Assembly (NCBI GenBank): GCA_003559575.1
Contig: PWKZ01000169.1
Span: 197 to 64,196, forward strand
Length of the DNA: 64,000 nt
Source: Bradymonadales bacterium
Lineage (GTDB): Bacteria; Myxococcota_A; UBA9042; PWKZ01
Direction: 5' to 3'
Shown here: in pieces, positions 1 through 9,844 of the stretch
How positions within the stretch are numbered: the stretch's first letter is position 1
Layout of the letters: every line of letters begins with the position of its first letter
Program-made: the position numbers and the translations under genes
Notes under the pieces: generated by a model
What the model was told of the DNA's origin: nothing
Seen by the model: the letters and a program-made list of their open reading frames with translations, nothing else
Databases searched by the model: none

Positions 1-17
1 AAGGGGGGCGCATACGC

Positions 18-539
18 ATGACATCTCATCCTGCCGCAAAACCGTTTGGCCTCACCGCGCTTCTGCTCTTTCTCTCAAGCATCACGGTCGGTTGCGCCGA
101 CTTCACCCCTCGCGAGAGAGCGCTGCCGGACGTCATGCAGGACACCCACACGCCTGATCTGCCTGATCTGATCGACGCCTTTGATCCGGTCGACGACACC
201 CTCACGGCGGAAGTGGGCCCGACCCCGGAGACGGCTCAGGACGGGGACGGAGAGTTCAACATTGTCGTGGTCGACCCGGCGCAAGACGAGCCGATGGTCT
301 TGATGGACCGTCTTGGGTTACAGCTCACTTTCACCGTCAACCCGGAGTTCCTGGGAGCCCGGAGTTATCAATGGATGCTAAATGGCAAAGTGCTGCCGAG
401 TGAGTTCGGCGCTGCACTGGAGATTGAGATCCAGGATCTCCCAATCGGCACCACCAATAGGGTGACGGCGGTCGTGGTCACCGCCGATAACTGGGCTCAC
501 TCCGGCGCCATTTCGTTTATCGTCTCGCTCGTTGAATAG
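18..539 (+). CDS. hypothetical lipoprotein
   Basis: ORF of 173 aa. N-terminal signal peptide with lipobox (LSSITVGC). No recognisable catalytic motif. Confidence 0.5.
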   Translation: MTSHPAAKPFGLTALLLFLSSITVGCADFTPRERALPDVMQDTHTPDLPDLIDAFDPVDDTLTAEVGPTPETAQDGDGEFNIVVVDPAQDEPMVLMDRLGLQLTFTVNPEFLGARSYQWMLNGKVLPSEFGAALEIEIQDLPIGTTNRVTAVVVTADNWAHSGAISFIVSLVE

Positions 540-593
540 AGCTGAGGATAGAGGATCTTATTTTCTGCCATGAATCACACGAGGGGAAGCGAA

Positions 594-2075
594 ATGAGCA
601 GGCAATTTTTAAGAGTCGCCACGGTAACCATCACGCTCCTGGCCCTAACCATGCTTGCGGCCGGGTGCGCCGAGCAACACAAACATCCCGGTACCGGACG
701 ACTGAGCGTCGAATTGGGGATCGGGGCAGCGAAAACAATCTGGCCCGGCGGATGGGTGGACTCCATTGGAGACTTTCGCGTGGCCGTGTTCGCGGAAACC
801 GCCGATCCGCGCGAAGATCAACCTCTTTACGATGTCACGCTCTCCCCCGAAGACTTTGGCGAGCCTGTGACCTTCCATGAGGTGGTAGAGGGCAGTTACC
901 AGGTGTTTGTCGTAGGCCACTGCGGCACATCCGAGTACTGCCGGGCCGATGACATGATCGCGCTCGGACAAGCCGACGACCTCGTGGTGGTACTCCCCGA
1001 CCAGACCGTCACCGCTTCTATCGTGGTCGGTCCATTCCTTTCAGGGGTCGACACCGGCGAGATCGAGGTGACCCTCTCATGGCCTAACGTTGAAGAGATC
1101 GAGGTTTCGCGCGTGGAAGTGTTCCAGCGTGGCCTCGCCGAGTCCTGGCCTCCGGTCCCCACCGAGGTTTTCGAGGGCGCCGACCTGACCGGCCAGTCAG
1201 TCCTCTTCGCTGATGGAGCGGCGGTCTCGGGCTCCCATATGCTTCGCTTCCTGCTTTACACCGCCGATAATCATCTGACATCTTCCGCCATCGAGGTGGT
1301 CAACGTTTATTCCAACTACATGACCGCAGGCGCCATAGTCCTCACGGAAGACGATTTCACCTTTCTCGAGCCGGTCGACGGCTACGATCTGAACCTCACA
1401 ATCTACGGCCACGACACGAACGGGGAGACCTTGTATATCGCGTATGGCGGCAACGGGTGGGATCTCGACGCCGCCCCCGAATGGTTCCTGGACCCCTCCT
1501 TGGCGCCCGAGTGGTCCATCAACATCCCGGAGGCGAGCAATGAAGATGGGCTGCTGGAGTTCACTATTCTGTTCGAGGAGCGAGAATTCACCGCGTGCAT
1601 GACATTCTCTACCTGGGATCTCATCAACGCGACGGTCAGCGGCAGCGGTGCTCTCGCGGATTGTATCATCACAGTCGATTGCACGGGGGTCGAGGGGCTC
1701 CTCTCGATTGACGTACTCATGGATGTCGACGAGGAGGAGATCACGGCCGAGTGCGTCGTGCCCCCCGGGAAAGGGTCGCTGGAGGTCAATATGAGCCTCC
1801 TCGACCCCACCGCCGAGATTGCGGAGCCGCTCGCGATCGAGTGCGTGATGGATGAGGGGCTGTTACTCTGCGAGGCCACCCACGGCGGCGTTTTCGTTGA
1901 TCCGGAGTACGCGTGGTATCTCAACGGCGCGCGGCTGGCCGAGGTGGACGGGGATTCCGCCTCTTTCTCGGCGGCGGATCTAATCCCTGGTGATCGTCTC
2001 GCGCTGGTCGTGCGAGAACACAATTTTGCAGAGAGCGCCCAGTTGACCGTGACTTCCGAGCTGCTGGGGCTTTGA
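594..2075 (+). CDS. hypothetical secreted lipoprotein
   Basis: ORF 570..2075. Likely start at internal Met (MSRQF...) followed by signal peptide with lipobox (LTMLAAGC). Acidic, Cys-containing, no known motif. Its stop abuts the convergent mutase gene (TGATCA). Confidence 0.5.
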   Translation: MSRQFLRVATVTITLLALTMLAAGCAEQHKHPGTGRLSVELGIGAAKTIWPGGWVDSIGDFRVAVFAETADPREDQPLYDVTLSPEDFGEPVTFHEVVEGSYQVFVVGHCGTSEYCRADDMIALGQADDLVVVLPDQTVTASIVVGPFLSGVDTGEIEVTLSWPNVEEIEVSRVEVFQRGLAESWPPVPTEVFEGADLTGQSVLFADGAAVSGSHMLRFLLYTADNHLTSSAIEVVNVYSNYMTAGAIVLTEDDFTFLEPVDGYDLNLTIYGHDTNGETLYIAYGGNGWDLDAAPEWFLDPSLAPEWSINIPEASNEDGLLEFTILFEEREFTACMTFSTWDLINATVSGSGALADCIITVDCTGVEGLLSIDVLMDVDEEEITAECVVPPGKGSLEVNMSLLDPTAEIAEPLAIECVMDEGLLLCEATHGGVFVDPEYAWYLNGARLAEVDGDSASFSAADLIPGDRLALVVREHNFAESAQLTVTSELLGL

Positions 2076-3728
2076 TCAAAGGTAGGCGGGGTCGCTGTAG
2101 ACTCCGAACTCCTCGCGGAAACAGTCGCTCAACTCCCCGACAGTAACTTTGGCCTTGACCGCCTGCAGGACCGCCGCCATCAGGTTGTCTTTGTGGCTGT
2201 CGCCACTTAGCGCCGCCTTGCGCACCTGGTCCAGGGCTCGGGCGGCGGCGTCGGGATCGCGCCGCCGCCGGAGATCGGCGATGCGCTCCTTTTGGATCCG
2301 CTCCACCTCGGGATCGATGCGCAAGAGCGGAATCCGGGCCTTATCCGCCTCTTGGTGGACATTGACTCCCACTATCCGCTGCTCACCCTCCTCCACTTGA
2401 CGCTGGAATCGGTACGCGCTCTCGGCGATTTCCATCTGCGGGTAGCCCGCTTCAATGGCCGCCACGATACCGCCCATCTCGTCGATCCGGTGGATATACG
2501 CGAGGGCCTCCTCTTCAATCCGGTCGGTCATAGATTCGATGAACCACGAGCCCCCAAGTGGATCGATCGTGTTGGTGACACCGGTCTCCTCGGCGATTAG
2601 CTGTTGAGTCCGGAGCGCAAGGGAGGCGGCCGCCTCGGTCGGGAGCGCATAGGTCTCGTCGAGGGAGTTGGTGTGCAACGACTGAGTGCCGCCCAACACC
2701 GCCGCGAGCGCCTGGAGAGCTGTGCGCACCACGTTGTTGTAGGGTTGCTGGGCCGTGAGCGAGACTCCGGCCGTCTGGCAGTGGGTGCGCAGCAGCATGG
2801 CGCGTGGGTTCTTGGCCCCAAAGCGCTCCTTCATGGTGCGCGCCCAAATGCGGCGTGCCGCCCTGAGTTTGGCTATCTCCTCAAAGAAGTCGTTGTGGAC
2901 GTCGAAGAAGAAGCTCAATCGTGGTCCGAAGCGGTCCACATCCAGGCCCGCCTCGATCCCCGCCTGCACATAGCCGATTCCGTCGGCCAGGGTGAAGGCC
3001 AACTCCTGGACCGCGGAGGCCCCCGCCTCACGGATGTGGTAGCCACTGATCGAGATCGGATGCCACAGCGGCATTCGTTCGGTGCAAAACACCATCATGT
3101 CGCGAATGATTCTCATGGATGGGTTCGGCGGACAGATCCACTCCTTTTGGGCGATGAACTCCTTCAGAATGTCGTTCTGGGTTGTGCCCCGTAGCTTGTC
3201 GAGCTTGTAGCCCTGGCGCTCCGCCACCGCCGCATACATGCACAAAAGGACTATCGCGGGGGCGTTGATGGTCATGGAGGTGCTCACCTCGCCGAGCGGG
3301 ATGCCGTCGAACAGGCGCTCCATGTCCTCCACGCTGGCGACCGCGACTCCCTCTTTGCCCACCTCCCCCATCGACATCGCGTGGTCGGGGTCGTAGCCCA
3401 TCAGGGTCGGCATGTCGAATGCGGTCGAGAGGCCTGTCTGGCCGGCCTCCAACAAGTACTTGAATCGCGCGTTGGTGTCCTCCGGGGATCCAAACCCGGC
3501 GAACATTCTCATGGTCCACAGCCGGCCACGATACATCGACGGGTATACGCCGCGCGTAAAAGGGTACTCTCCGGGCAAGCCCAAACTCTCGAAATACTTC
3601 TCGTCGGGCTGCTCGGGGGCGTACAAAGGATCCACATCGAGCCATGAGAGAGTCTGGTGGTGCGCCTTGCGTTGCGACGCGCCCCTAAGCTCCGCTTGCC
3701 AGCGCTCCAGTCGCTCCTTGCCGTTCAT
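2076..3728 (-). CDS. methylmalonyl-CoA mutase family large (catalytic) subunit, without fused B12-binding domain
   Basis: 550-aa ORF. The translation reads as an acyl-CoA mutase TIM-barrel catalytic domain (family-level resemblance, no specific signature motif checked). No C-terminal cobalamin-binding domain, so a separate small subunit is expected elsewhere. Confidence 0.8.
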   Translation of the reverse strand: MNGKERLERWQAELRGASQRKAHHQTLSWLDVDPLYAPEQPDEKYFESLGLPGEYPFTRGVYPSMYRGRLWTMRMFAGFGSPEDTNARFKYLLEAGQTGLSTAFDMPTLMGYDPDHAMSMGEVGKEGVAVASVEDMERLFDGIPLGEVSTSMTINAPAIVLLCMYAAVAERQGYKLDKLRGTTQNDILKEFIAQKEWICPPNPSMRIIRDMMVFCTERMPLWHPISISGYHIREAGASAVQELAFTLADGIGYVQAGIEAGLDVDRFGPRLSFFFDVHNDFFEEIAKLRAARRIWARTMKERFGAKNPRAMLLRTHCQTAGVSLTAQQPYNNVVRTALQALAAVLGGTQSLHTNSLDETYALPTEAAASLALRTQQLIAEETGVTNTIDPLGGSWFIESMTDRIEEEALAYIHRIDEMGGIVAAIEAGYPQMEIAESAYRFQRQVEEGEQRIVGVNVHQEADKARIPLLRIDPEVERIQKERIADLRRRRDPDAAARALDQVRKAALSGDSHKDNLMAAVLQAVKAKVTVGELSDCFREEFGVYSDPAYL

Positions 3729-3810
3729 GTCTGAGACTCCTCACTCGCTTTGAGGCGGCCCGGCGTTCCGCCGTGGCGCCACGATTTCGGCTTGGTCGAG
3801 GCCCATTTTG

Positions 3811-4983
3811 TCAAATGACGCCATGCTGTTTGCCGACTTTGACAAAAGCCGCGATGGCGCGGTCAAGGTGCTCACGCGTGTGGGCCGCGCTCACCTGCAC
3901 ACGGATTCGCGCCTTGTTTTGCGGCACCACCGGGTAGGAGAAGCCGATCACGTAGATTCCCTCGGAGAGCATGTCTCGTGCCATGTTCGCGGCGAGCTGC
4001 GCGTCGCCCAGCATGATCGGTACAATCGGATGCACTCCCGGCCGGATGGAAAAACCGCGGGTCGTCATTTCTTCTCTGAAGTAGCGCGTGTTGGCTTCAA
4101 GTGTGTCGCGCCGCTCGGTGGAGGTCGCCAGAAGATCGAGGACCTTCATGGCGGCGCCGGCGATTGGAGGGGGCAGTGTGTTGGAGAACAAATAGGGCCG
4201 CGACCGGTTGCGCAAAAGCTCGACTATTTCGGTCCTCGCGCTGGTGAAGCCACCCGACGCGCCACCGAGCGCCTTGCCGAGCGTGCTGGTGATGATATCA
4301 ATGCGGTCCATCACCCCACAGTGTTCATGAGTCCCTCGGCCGGTTCGTCCGACGAAGCCGGTGGAGTGGGAGTCATCGACCATCACGAGCGCGTCATACT
4401 GATCGGCCAGATCACAGATCTTGTCGAGAGGCGCGATGTTACCGTCCATCGAGAAGACACCGTCGGTCGCGATTACGCGGAAGCGGGCGTCGGCGGCCTC
4501 TTTGAGCTTGGCCTCGAGATCGGCCATGTCGGCGTTGCGGTAGCGATAGCGCCGCGCCTTGGACAACCGGACGCCGTCGATGATCGAGGCGTGGTTGAGT
4601 TCGTCACTAATAATGGCGTCTTCGGCCTTGAACAGCGTCTCGAACAGGCCCCCATTGGCATCGAAACATGAGGAGTAGAGGATCGTGTCTTCCATGCCGA
4701 GAAAGTCGGACACTTTGCGCTCGAGCTGCTTGTGGATCTCTTGGGTGCCACAAATGAACCGGACCGAACTCAGCCCGTAGCCCCAACGATCAAGCGCCTC
4801 GTGGCAAGCCGCCAGGAGGTCGGGATGACTCGAGAGGCCAAGATAGTTATTGGCGCAAAAGTTTATCACCCGCTCGCTGCCGACCTCGATATCGGCTCCC
4901 TGGGGTGACGTAATCACCCGCTCATCCTTCGACAACCCGGCCGCACTGATCTCTTTTAGCTCTTGCTGTAAGAACCCTTTCAT
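3811..4983 (-). CDS. kbl: glycine C-acetyltransferase (2-amino-3-ketobutyrate CoA ligase)
   Basis: Near-colinear similarity to E. coli Kbl ([29 protein letters not shown], pyridoxal-Lys region [13 protein letters not shown]). Start placed at the Met aligning with the E. coli N-terminus. ORF track gives 3811..5007. Confidence 0.85.
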   Translation of the reverse strand: MKGFLQQELKEISAAGLSKDERVITSPQGADIEVGSERVINFCANNYLGLSSHPDLLAACHEALDRWGYGLSSVRFICGTQEIHKQLERKVSDFLGMEDTILYSSCFDANGGLFETLFKAEDAIISDELNHASIIDGVRLSKARRYRYRNADMADLEAKLKEAADARFRVIATDGVFSMDGNIAPLDKICDLADQYDALVMVDDSHSTGFVGRTGRGTHEHCGVMDRIDIITSTLGKALGGASGGFTSARTEIVELLRNRSRPYLFSNTLPPPIAGAAMKVLDLLATSTERRDTLEANTRYFREEMTTRGFSIRPGVHPIVPIMLGDAQLAANMARDMLSEGIYVIGFSYPVVPQNKARIRVQVSAAHTREHLDRAIAAFVKVGKQHGVI

Positions 4984-5028
4984 TTTGCCGTACATTTGAG
5001 ACTCCATAAGACAAATCTGGTGGCTCGT

Positions 5029-6078
5029 TCAAGGAATCAGGACAACTTTGCCGGAAACTTTGGGTCGCCGGACCATCAGCTCGAAGCCTTCGGCGAACTC
5101 GGACAGCGGCAGCTTGTGGGTGATTATCGGGCTGATATCCAACCTACCGGAGGCCAGCAGGTTACGCACCTCAAACCAGGTGTCGAACATCAGACGTCCA
5201 TTGATCCCATAAACCGTCACCCCTTTGAAGACGATTCCATCGTTGAGATCGATTGAGACCCGGCCGCCGGCCACTCCGAAGGCCGAAAATCGGCCCCCCT
5301 TGCGCACCATCTTGAAGCCGAGATCGATGGCCCGCTGGGTGCCGGCCATATCCAACACCACATCGACGCCAAGCCCGTCGGTTTCAGAGAGAAGCGTCCC
5401 TTCGATGTCATCGCGGTTGTCGTCGAGGGTTTGTGTCGCCCCGACCTTTCGCGCGATCTCCATCCTCACCGGGTGCCGCCCGACCAGGAAAGTCTTGCTC
5501 GCTCCCGCCACATGGGCGACAGCCGCCGCGAACAGGCCAGTTGGGCCGTCACCGAAGATGAGTACGCTCTTGCCCACCACGGGTTCCACCAGGGTGCAGT
5601 AAACTGCGTTCCCGAGAGGCTCCTGAACGGCCGCGAGCTCCGGGGCGACCGACGGGTCGTTTTTCCAGGCGACGATCTCGGGCACCACCGCGTATTCGGC
5701 GAAACAGCCGTCACAGTCGACGCCCAATATCTTTAGATTATTACAGATATGCATCTGACCGGTCAGGCACTGTTTGCACGCCCGGCACGGGATGTGAGTC
5801 TCGGCCGAGATGAAATCGCCCACCTTGATCCGCCTCACTTCGGAGCCGACCTCGACCACTTCACCGGCGAACTCGTGGCCGAGGATCTGCGGTAGGTCGC
5901 GAATCCGCCCGGCGGCCCATGAGTTCCAGCCGTAAATATGGACGTCGGTGCCACAGATCGAGGTCGCTTTGACGCGCACCAGGACTTCATCGGCACCCGG
6001 TCGCGGTATCGACCGTGTCACCAGCTCCGCCCCCGCCTCAGCGGCGCTCTTTACAACCGCCTGCATCAGTTCGCCCAT
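5029..6078 (-). CDS. tdh: L-threonine 3-dehydrogenase
   Basis: Zn-dependent MDR-family dehydrogenase with Tdh-like N-terminus (ATSICGTDVHIY, GHEFAGEVVEVG). Start uncertain (Met23 or Met27 of the ORF 5029..6144). Immediately upstream of kbl, the classical threonine-to-glycine pair. Confidence 0.85.
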   Translation of the reverse strand: MGELMQAVVKSAAEAGAELVTRSIPRPGADEVLVRVKATSICGTDVHIYGWNSWAAGRIRDLPQILGHEFAGEVVEVGSEVRRIKVGDFISAETHIPCRACKQCLTGQMHICNNLKILGVDCDGCFAEYAVVPEIVAWKNDPSVAPELAAVQEPLGNAVYCTLVEPVVGKSVLIFGDGPTGLFAAAVAHVAGASKTFLVGRHPVRMEIARKVGATQTLDDNRDDIEGTLLSETDGLGVDVVLDMAGTQRAIDLGFKMVRKGGRFSAFGVAGGRVSIDLNDGIVFKGVTVYGINGRLMFDTWFEVRNLLASGRLDISPIITHKLPLSEFAEGFELMVRRPKVSGKVVLIP

Positions 6079-6317
6079 TGCCCCTCCGCCGCGCCTCAAG
6101 GCGCATGAGTAGTCACCCCATTTACCACCACCGGTCTCTATCACGGCCCCCCCCCCGTTTCAAGCACACCCCTCGACGCCTCAGGATGCGTCACGAACGA
6201 TAACGACTACGATCACGAATAGGCGGTATTGCGGGTTTGATGAGGAGTTCACGTCCGGTCTATACTTCTCTCGTCCCCCCGGGCGGCCTCTTGGCCCCGC
6301 CCGGCGCGACTCGATGA

Positions 6318-7508
6318 TTGATGGTAGGGCCAAGGTGGGAGGACGACTTGCTGCATCAGCGACCGCAACCTAGTGGAGCCCCTTCCCCACTTGTCGGTGC
6401 CCGAAGACCGCTCGCTTTGACTTCGCGCGTCCCCGCGGGAAGAGAGAGGGGCGCCACGCCCCGCCGGACCTGGGTGCTCTTGCCGGCCTTGGCGGCCCTC
6501 TTGATTGCGGCTCCGGCATCGTCCGCCGATGATGACCTGGGCGAGAGACTCGGGCTACGGGTGCGCGCCGCGGCCGAGCACGGCCGCAGTCGCCCCGCGA
6601 TTTTACTTACTCCCGCTCTGCCGATCGCAACCCTGGTGATCGAACTCGAGCGCTCGGGCGGAACCTCAGAGACTCTCCGCGGCCGCGATCTGCGCCCCGG
6701 TCGAGAGCATGGCTTTGAATTTGACCAACCGCTCGGTGAGCACAGCTTTGAAGCCACGGCGCGAGGTACTTTCGCGGGGGGCGAGCGTTTCGAGCTACCC
6801 TTCGCGTTCGACTCCATCAGCTTCAAACCACTCAAACTCGATCTCCGCAAAGAGGATGTCTGTCTCGACGAGCGGCGCATCACGATTCGCCTCAACCGTG
6901 AGGTGGAGCGAATCGAATACGTCGTCACGGCCGACGGCGGCAAAGTGGTGGCGCGCGGCCAGGAGCCGCCAAGCGCGCCTCCGGGGCGCCCGATGACCAT
7001 AACTTGGGAGGGCGGCGGGGAGGTAACGGAGCGGATCTCGCTCAAGGCCCGCGACAGCCACGGCTTCTGGGTCGGCGTTGAGGTGACACCGTTTTCAGTA
7101 TTCATTCCTCACGACGAGGTGGAGTTCGAGACCGGTAAGTGGTCGATCCGTCCGAGCGAAACTCCCAAGCTTCAAGATACTCTGCGTCAGATCCGCGAGG
7201 CGCTGGCCTTGCACGGACGGGAGCTCGACTTGCAGCTCTATATTGCCGGATACACCGACACGGTGGGTAGCCGCAGCTCGAATCAGATATTGAGCGAGCG
7301 GCGCGCGCGCGCGATCGCGGGCTGGTTTCGGGCCCAAGGTGTTGGAGTTCCAGTCTATTATCAGGGCTTCGGCCAGGATGTGTTGGCAGTCGCGACCCCA
7401 GACCAGACGGCCGAGAAGCGCAACCGCCGCGCGCTTTATGTGCTGAGCGCCGGCCCCCCATCGCAGAGCCCCGCGATCCCACGCGATGCCTGGAAGAGCC
7501 TCCCATAA
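6318..7508 (+). CDS. OmpA family protein (C-terminal OmpA-like domain)
   Basis: C-terminal OmpA_C motif (YIAGYTDTVGSRSSNQILSERRARAIAGW). Hydrophobic signal-like segment (LLPALAALLIAAPASSA) suggests the true start is internal, possibly GTG near 6475. The stop codon TAA lies inside the repeat TIR. Confidence 0.6.
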   Translation: MMVGPRWEDDLLHQRPQPSGAPSPLVGARRPLALTSRVPAGRERGATPRRTWVLLPALAALLIAAPASSADDDLGERLGLRVRAAAEHGRSRPAILLTPALPIATLVIELERSGGTSETLRGRDLRPGREHGFEFDQPLGEHSFEATARGTFAGGERFELPFAFDSISFKPLKLDLRKEDVCLDERRITIRLNREVERIEYVVTADGGKVVARGQEPPSAPPGRPMTITWEGGGEVTERISLKARDSHGFWVGVEVTPFSVFIPHDEVEFETGKWSIRPSETPKLQDTLRQIREALALHGRELDLQLYIAGYTDTVGSRSSNQILSERRARAIAGWFRAQGVGVPVYYQGFGQDVLAVATPDQTAEKRNRRALYVLSAGPPSQSPAIPRDAWKSLP

Positions 7509-7681
7509 TCGTCGGCTCATCCCGGGATTCGCGCGCGGATTCACGCACATCTGCGGCGTCACCTGCACCGAATTAGTGCTCGACGTAGGCGCTGCGTTGG
7601 CCTCCGCCTAATTCGGTTTGCTTCCTTGCACATGCACGCGCCTCCACACGCTCGCTCCTCAGAACGAACCGACGATTATGG
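7502..7681. repeat. MITE-like intergenic repeat, copy A (~180 bp, 13-14 bp terminal inverted repeats)
   Basis: Begins CCATAATCGTCGG and ends CCGACGATTATGG (exact reverse complements). Internal blocks GGATTCACGCACATCTGCGGCGTCACCTGCA and GAATTAGTGCTCGACGTAGGCGCTGCGTTGGCC are shared with copies at 9491, 24445 and 63820. Confidence 0.7.
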
Positions 7682-7709
7682 GTGTAGTCTCTCTGGACCG
7701 CGGGTTGCG

Positions 7710-9488
7710 ATGGGACTATCATGTTCGGGAGATCACCCCGGAGTATATACCGGGCAGTGGCGGATCTCGCGGGAGGTTACTTTGCGCCTCGACTACAGCC
7801 GATTTCTCTTGCTCCTCGTGTTTTTGCCGGCGCCATCCCTCGTTGCGTGCGACCCCGTCCCTGTCTGGCCCGAGGGAGATCGCCGCGCCGACCTCGTGCT
7901 GTCCCTGGCCAACCTGATTGACGGCGAGGACTCCGGCGAAAACCACCTCGGCGAGATCCGTGGCCTGCGCGTTCGGCTCGACGCCGGCCATGAGACGGAC
8001 GACCCGAGGGCGCCGGTCTACGATAGCGGTTGTTCGGAGTACAGTGGTGATCGCCTTCGGATCTCCTCGCTCGAGATTCGTGACGACTACCGCATCAGGA
8101 TCGACCTGTTTAAAGATCCCGCCTGCGAGGAGCTTGCATTCCGTGGTGTCCGCGGGGGAATGAAGGTCTCCGAAAAACGCGACGAGGGCGCCCCCTACTT
8201 GATCGCAATGCTGGCGACGAACGCGTTCACCGGTTTACCCGGGGTGGCCGGAGAGCACTATCCGCTCAACTCGGTCCGGCGCCGGGCGTTCCACACAGCC
8301 ACCGCCATCGGCGATGGCCGGCTAGTACTGCTCGGTGGAGCCGAGGGGGTCCGCTCGTCCGATTTCATCGGTGGCGAGGGAGCCCCCGAGATCTTCGACA
8401 CCCGGACAATGCTCTTCTCGCGGAGCACGCGCCATGAGTTGGCGTCGCGGCGGCTCATGGCGCATGCCACGGCCTGGCTGCCCGGCGGCCTCCTCGCGGT
8501 CGGCGGTGGCGTCCAGGCCTTTCGCCTGGGGAAGGACACCGCCGGACGAGTCGAGCTGCAAATCCCAAGTGAGATCTGCTACGGCGACAGTTGCGACACC
8601 GTCAATTACATCCTCGATTTCAGCTTCCTGGATCTCCATGAACACATTGAGCTCGAGTACCCACTCGCGTCGGCGCGCGTCTTCCCTACCCTCGATGTCG
8701 TCCGCCTTTCGGCCGGCGACACGCTCATCCTGGTCGGTGGGGAACCAGGCGTCTTTGACACCGCGGCGGGTTCTGCTTTCGCATGCTCCGTGGTCGAGGG
8801 CCTCGCGCCGAAATGCGATCCGCTGCCTCTCGCATACTCCCGCGCCGGGCACACTTCGGCCTGCATTCGCCGCACCGCCGATGGTGCCTGTACCTCCCTG
8901 GCGCTGCTTGGGGGAGTGGAGCCGGGCCACCGGCTTGTCGAGTGGATAGCTCTTGGCCAGCAGACCGCTCATGACCATTTCATCGCGGCGGTGGTCGATA
9001 ACTCACGACTCGACTCCTCGCTCTTGTTGCCGCGCGCGGTGGGGCACGACGGACACATCTTCATGACCGGCGGCGCGCTTGGACGTATCCCCACCGCAGA
9101 GAGGCGCGCAGGCCCGGCCGCCATCACACTCTCGGAGGCCGGCACCGGATTTTTTAGATTTCTCGACATGGACCAGGAGCTTGGCCCTGACGCGGGTGAG
9201 CTTTTGTTTCATACCGTCACTCTCCTCGCCGACGATCGCGTCCTTTTGGCCGGCGGTGTAGGCCCCGACAATGACTCTCGCGACGAAGCATTCGTCCTCC
9301 GCCACGAGGGCTCCACCTACGTCGTGGATCAATCACTGCGCCTCAAACAGGCCCGCTTCGGCCACACCGCGACCCGAGTGGAAGGCGGTCCACTCGACGG
9401 CGCGGTCGTGATCTTCGGCGGCGTCGATTTCGACGCCGAGGGACGGCCCCACATGGTTGAGACCGCCGAAATCTTTCTGCCCGAATAA
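7710..9488 (+). CDS. Kelch-repeat-like beta-propeller lipoprotein
   Basis: Repeated GG-containing motifs typical of Kelch blades (VLLGGAEG, LLAVGGG, LILVGGEPG, LALLGGVEPG, VVIFGGVD). Signal peptide with lipobox (APSLVAC). ORF track start 7626 lies inside the repeat; the real start is probably ATG 7710 or TTG 7782. Confidence 0.5.
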   Translation: MGLSCSGDHPGVYTGQWRISREVTLRLDYSRFLLLLVFLPAPSLVACDPVPVWPEGDRRADLVLSLANLIDGEDSGENHLGEIRGLRVRLDAGHETDDPRAPVYDSGCSEYSGDRLRISSLEIRDDYRIRIDLFKDPACEELAFRGVRGGMKVSEKRDEGAPYLIAMLATNAFTGLPGVAGEHYPLNSVRRRAFHTATAIGDGRLVLLGGAEGVRSSDFIGGEGAPEIFDTRTMLFSRSTRHELASRRLMAHATAWLPGGLLAVGGGVQAFRLGKDTAGRVELQIPSEICYGDSCDTVNYILDFSFLDLHEHIELEYPLASARVFPTLDVVRLSAGDTLILVGGEPGVFDTAAGSAFACSVVEGLAPKCDPLPLAYSRAGHTSACIRRTADGACTSLALLGGVEPGHRLVEWIALGQQTAHDHFIAAVVDNSRLDSSLLLPRAVGHDGHIFMTGGALGRIPTAERRAGPAAITLSEAGTGFFRFLDMDQELGPDAGELLFHTVTLLADDRVLLAGGVGPDNDSRDEAFVLRHEGSTYVVDQSLRLKQARFGHTATRVEGGPLDGAVVIFGGVDFDAEGRPHMVETAEIFLPE

Positions 9489-9490
9489 TG

Positions 9491-9737
9491 CCATAATCGT
9501 CGTTCCCTCCAGGGAAACGCGGACGGATTCACGCACATCTTTCTGCCCGAATAATGCCATCGTCGTTCCATCCAGGTATTCGCGCGCGGATTCACGCACA
9601 TCCGCGGCCTCACCTGCAGACGAATTAGTGCTCGACGTAGGCGCTGCGTTGGCCTGCGCCCAAGAACGGCTTGTTTCCTCGCACATGCACGCACCTCCAC
9701 TTAGCGGGTCTCCTCAGAACGAACCGACGATTATGGG
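9491..9737. repeat. MITE-like repeat, copy B (full copy 9557..9737 preceded by a partial 5-prime fragment 9491..9540)
   Basis: Same TIRs and core blocks as copy A. The 26-bp segment AAATCTTTCTGCCCGAATAATGCCAT (3-prime end of the Kelch gene plus element start) occurs twice (9469 and 9533). A solo TIR-like CGACGATTATG recurs at 9813. Confidence 0.7.
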
Positions 9738-9844
9738 GAACGCCCGGGCGCTTGACCTTTCCGGATCATCTCGTGCTAGAATCCGCGCGCCGCTGGCAAT
9801 GTCCACGCGGACGACGATTATGATTCGAGAGGAGGTTCCCCACC

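Noticed and set aside
7095-7568. Small ORFs producing recurring peptides (MQVTPQMCVNPRANP, MHMHAPP, QNEPTIMG) at 7095-7700, 9329-9900 and 24278-24600
   Set aside because: They are translations of the intergenic repeat copies in different frames and orientations, not a conserved protein family.
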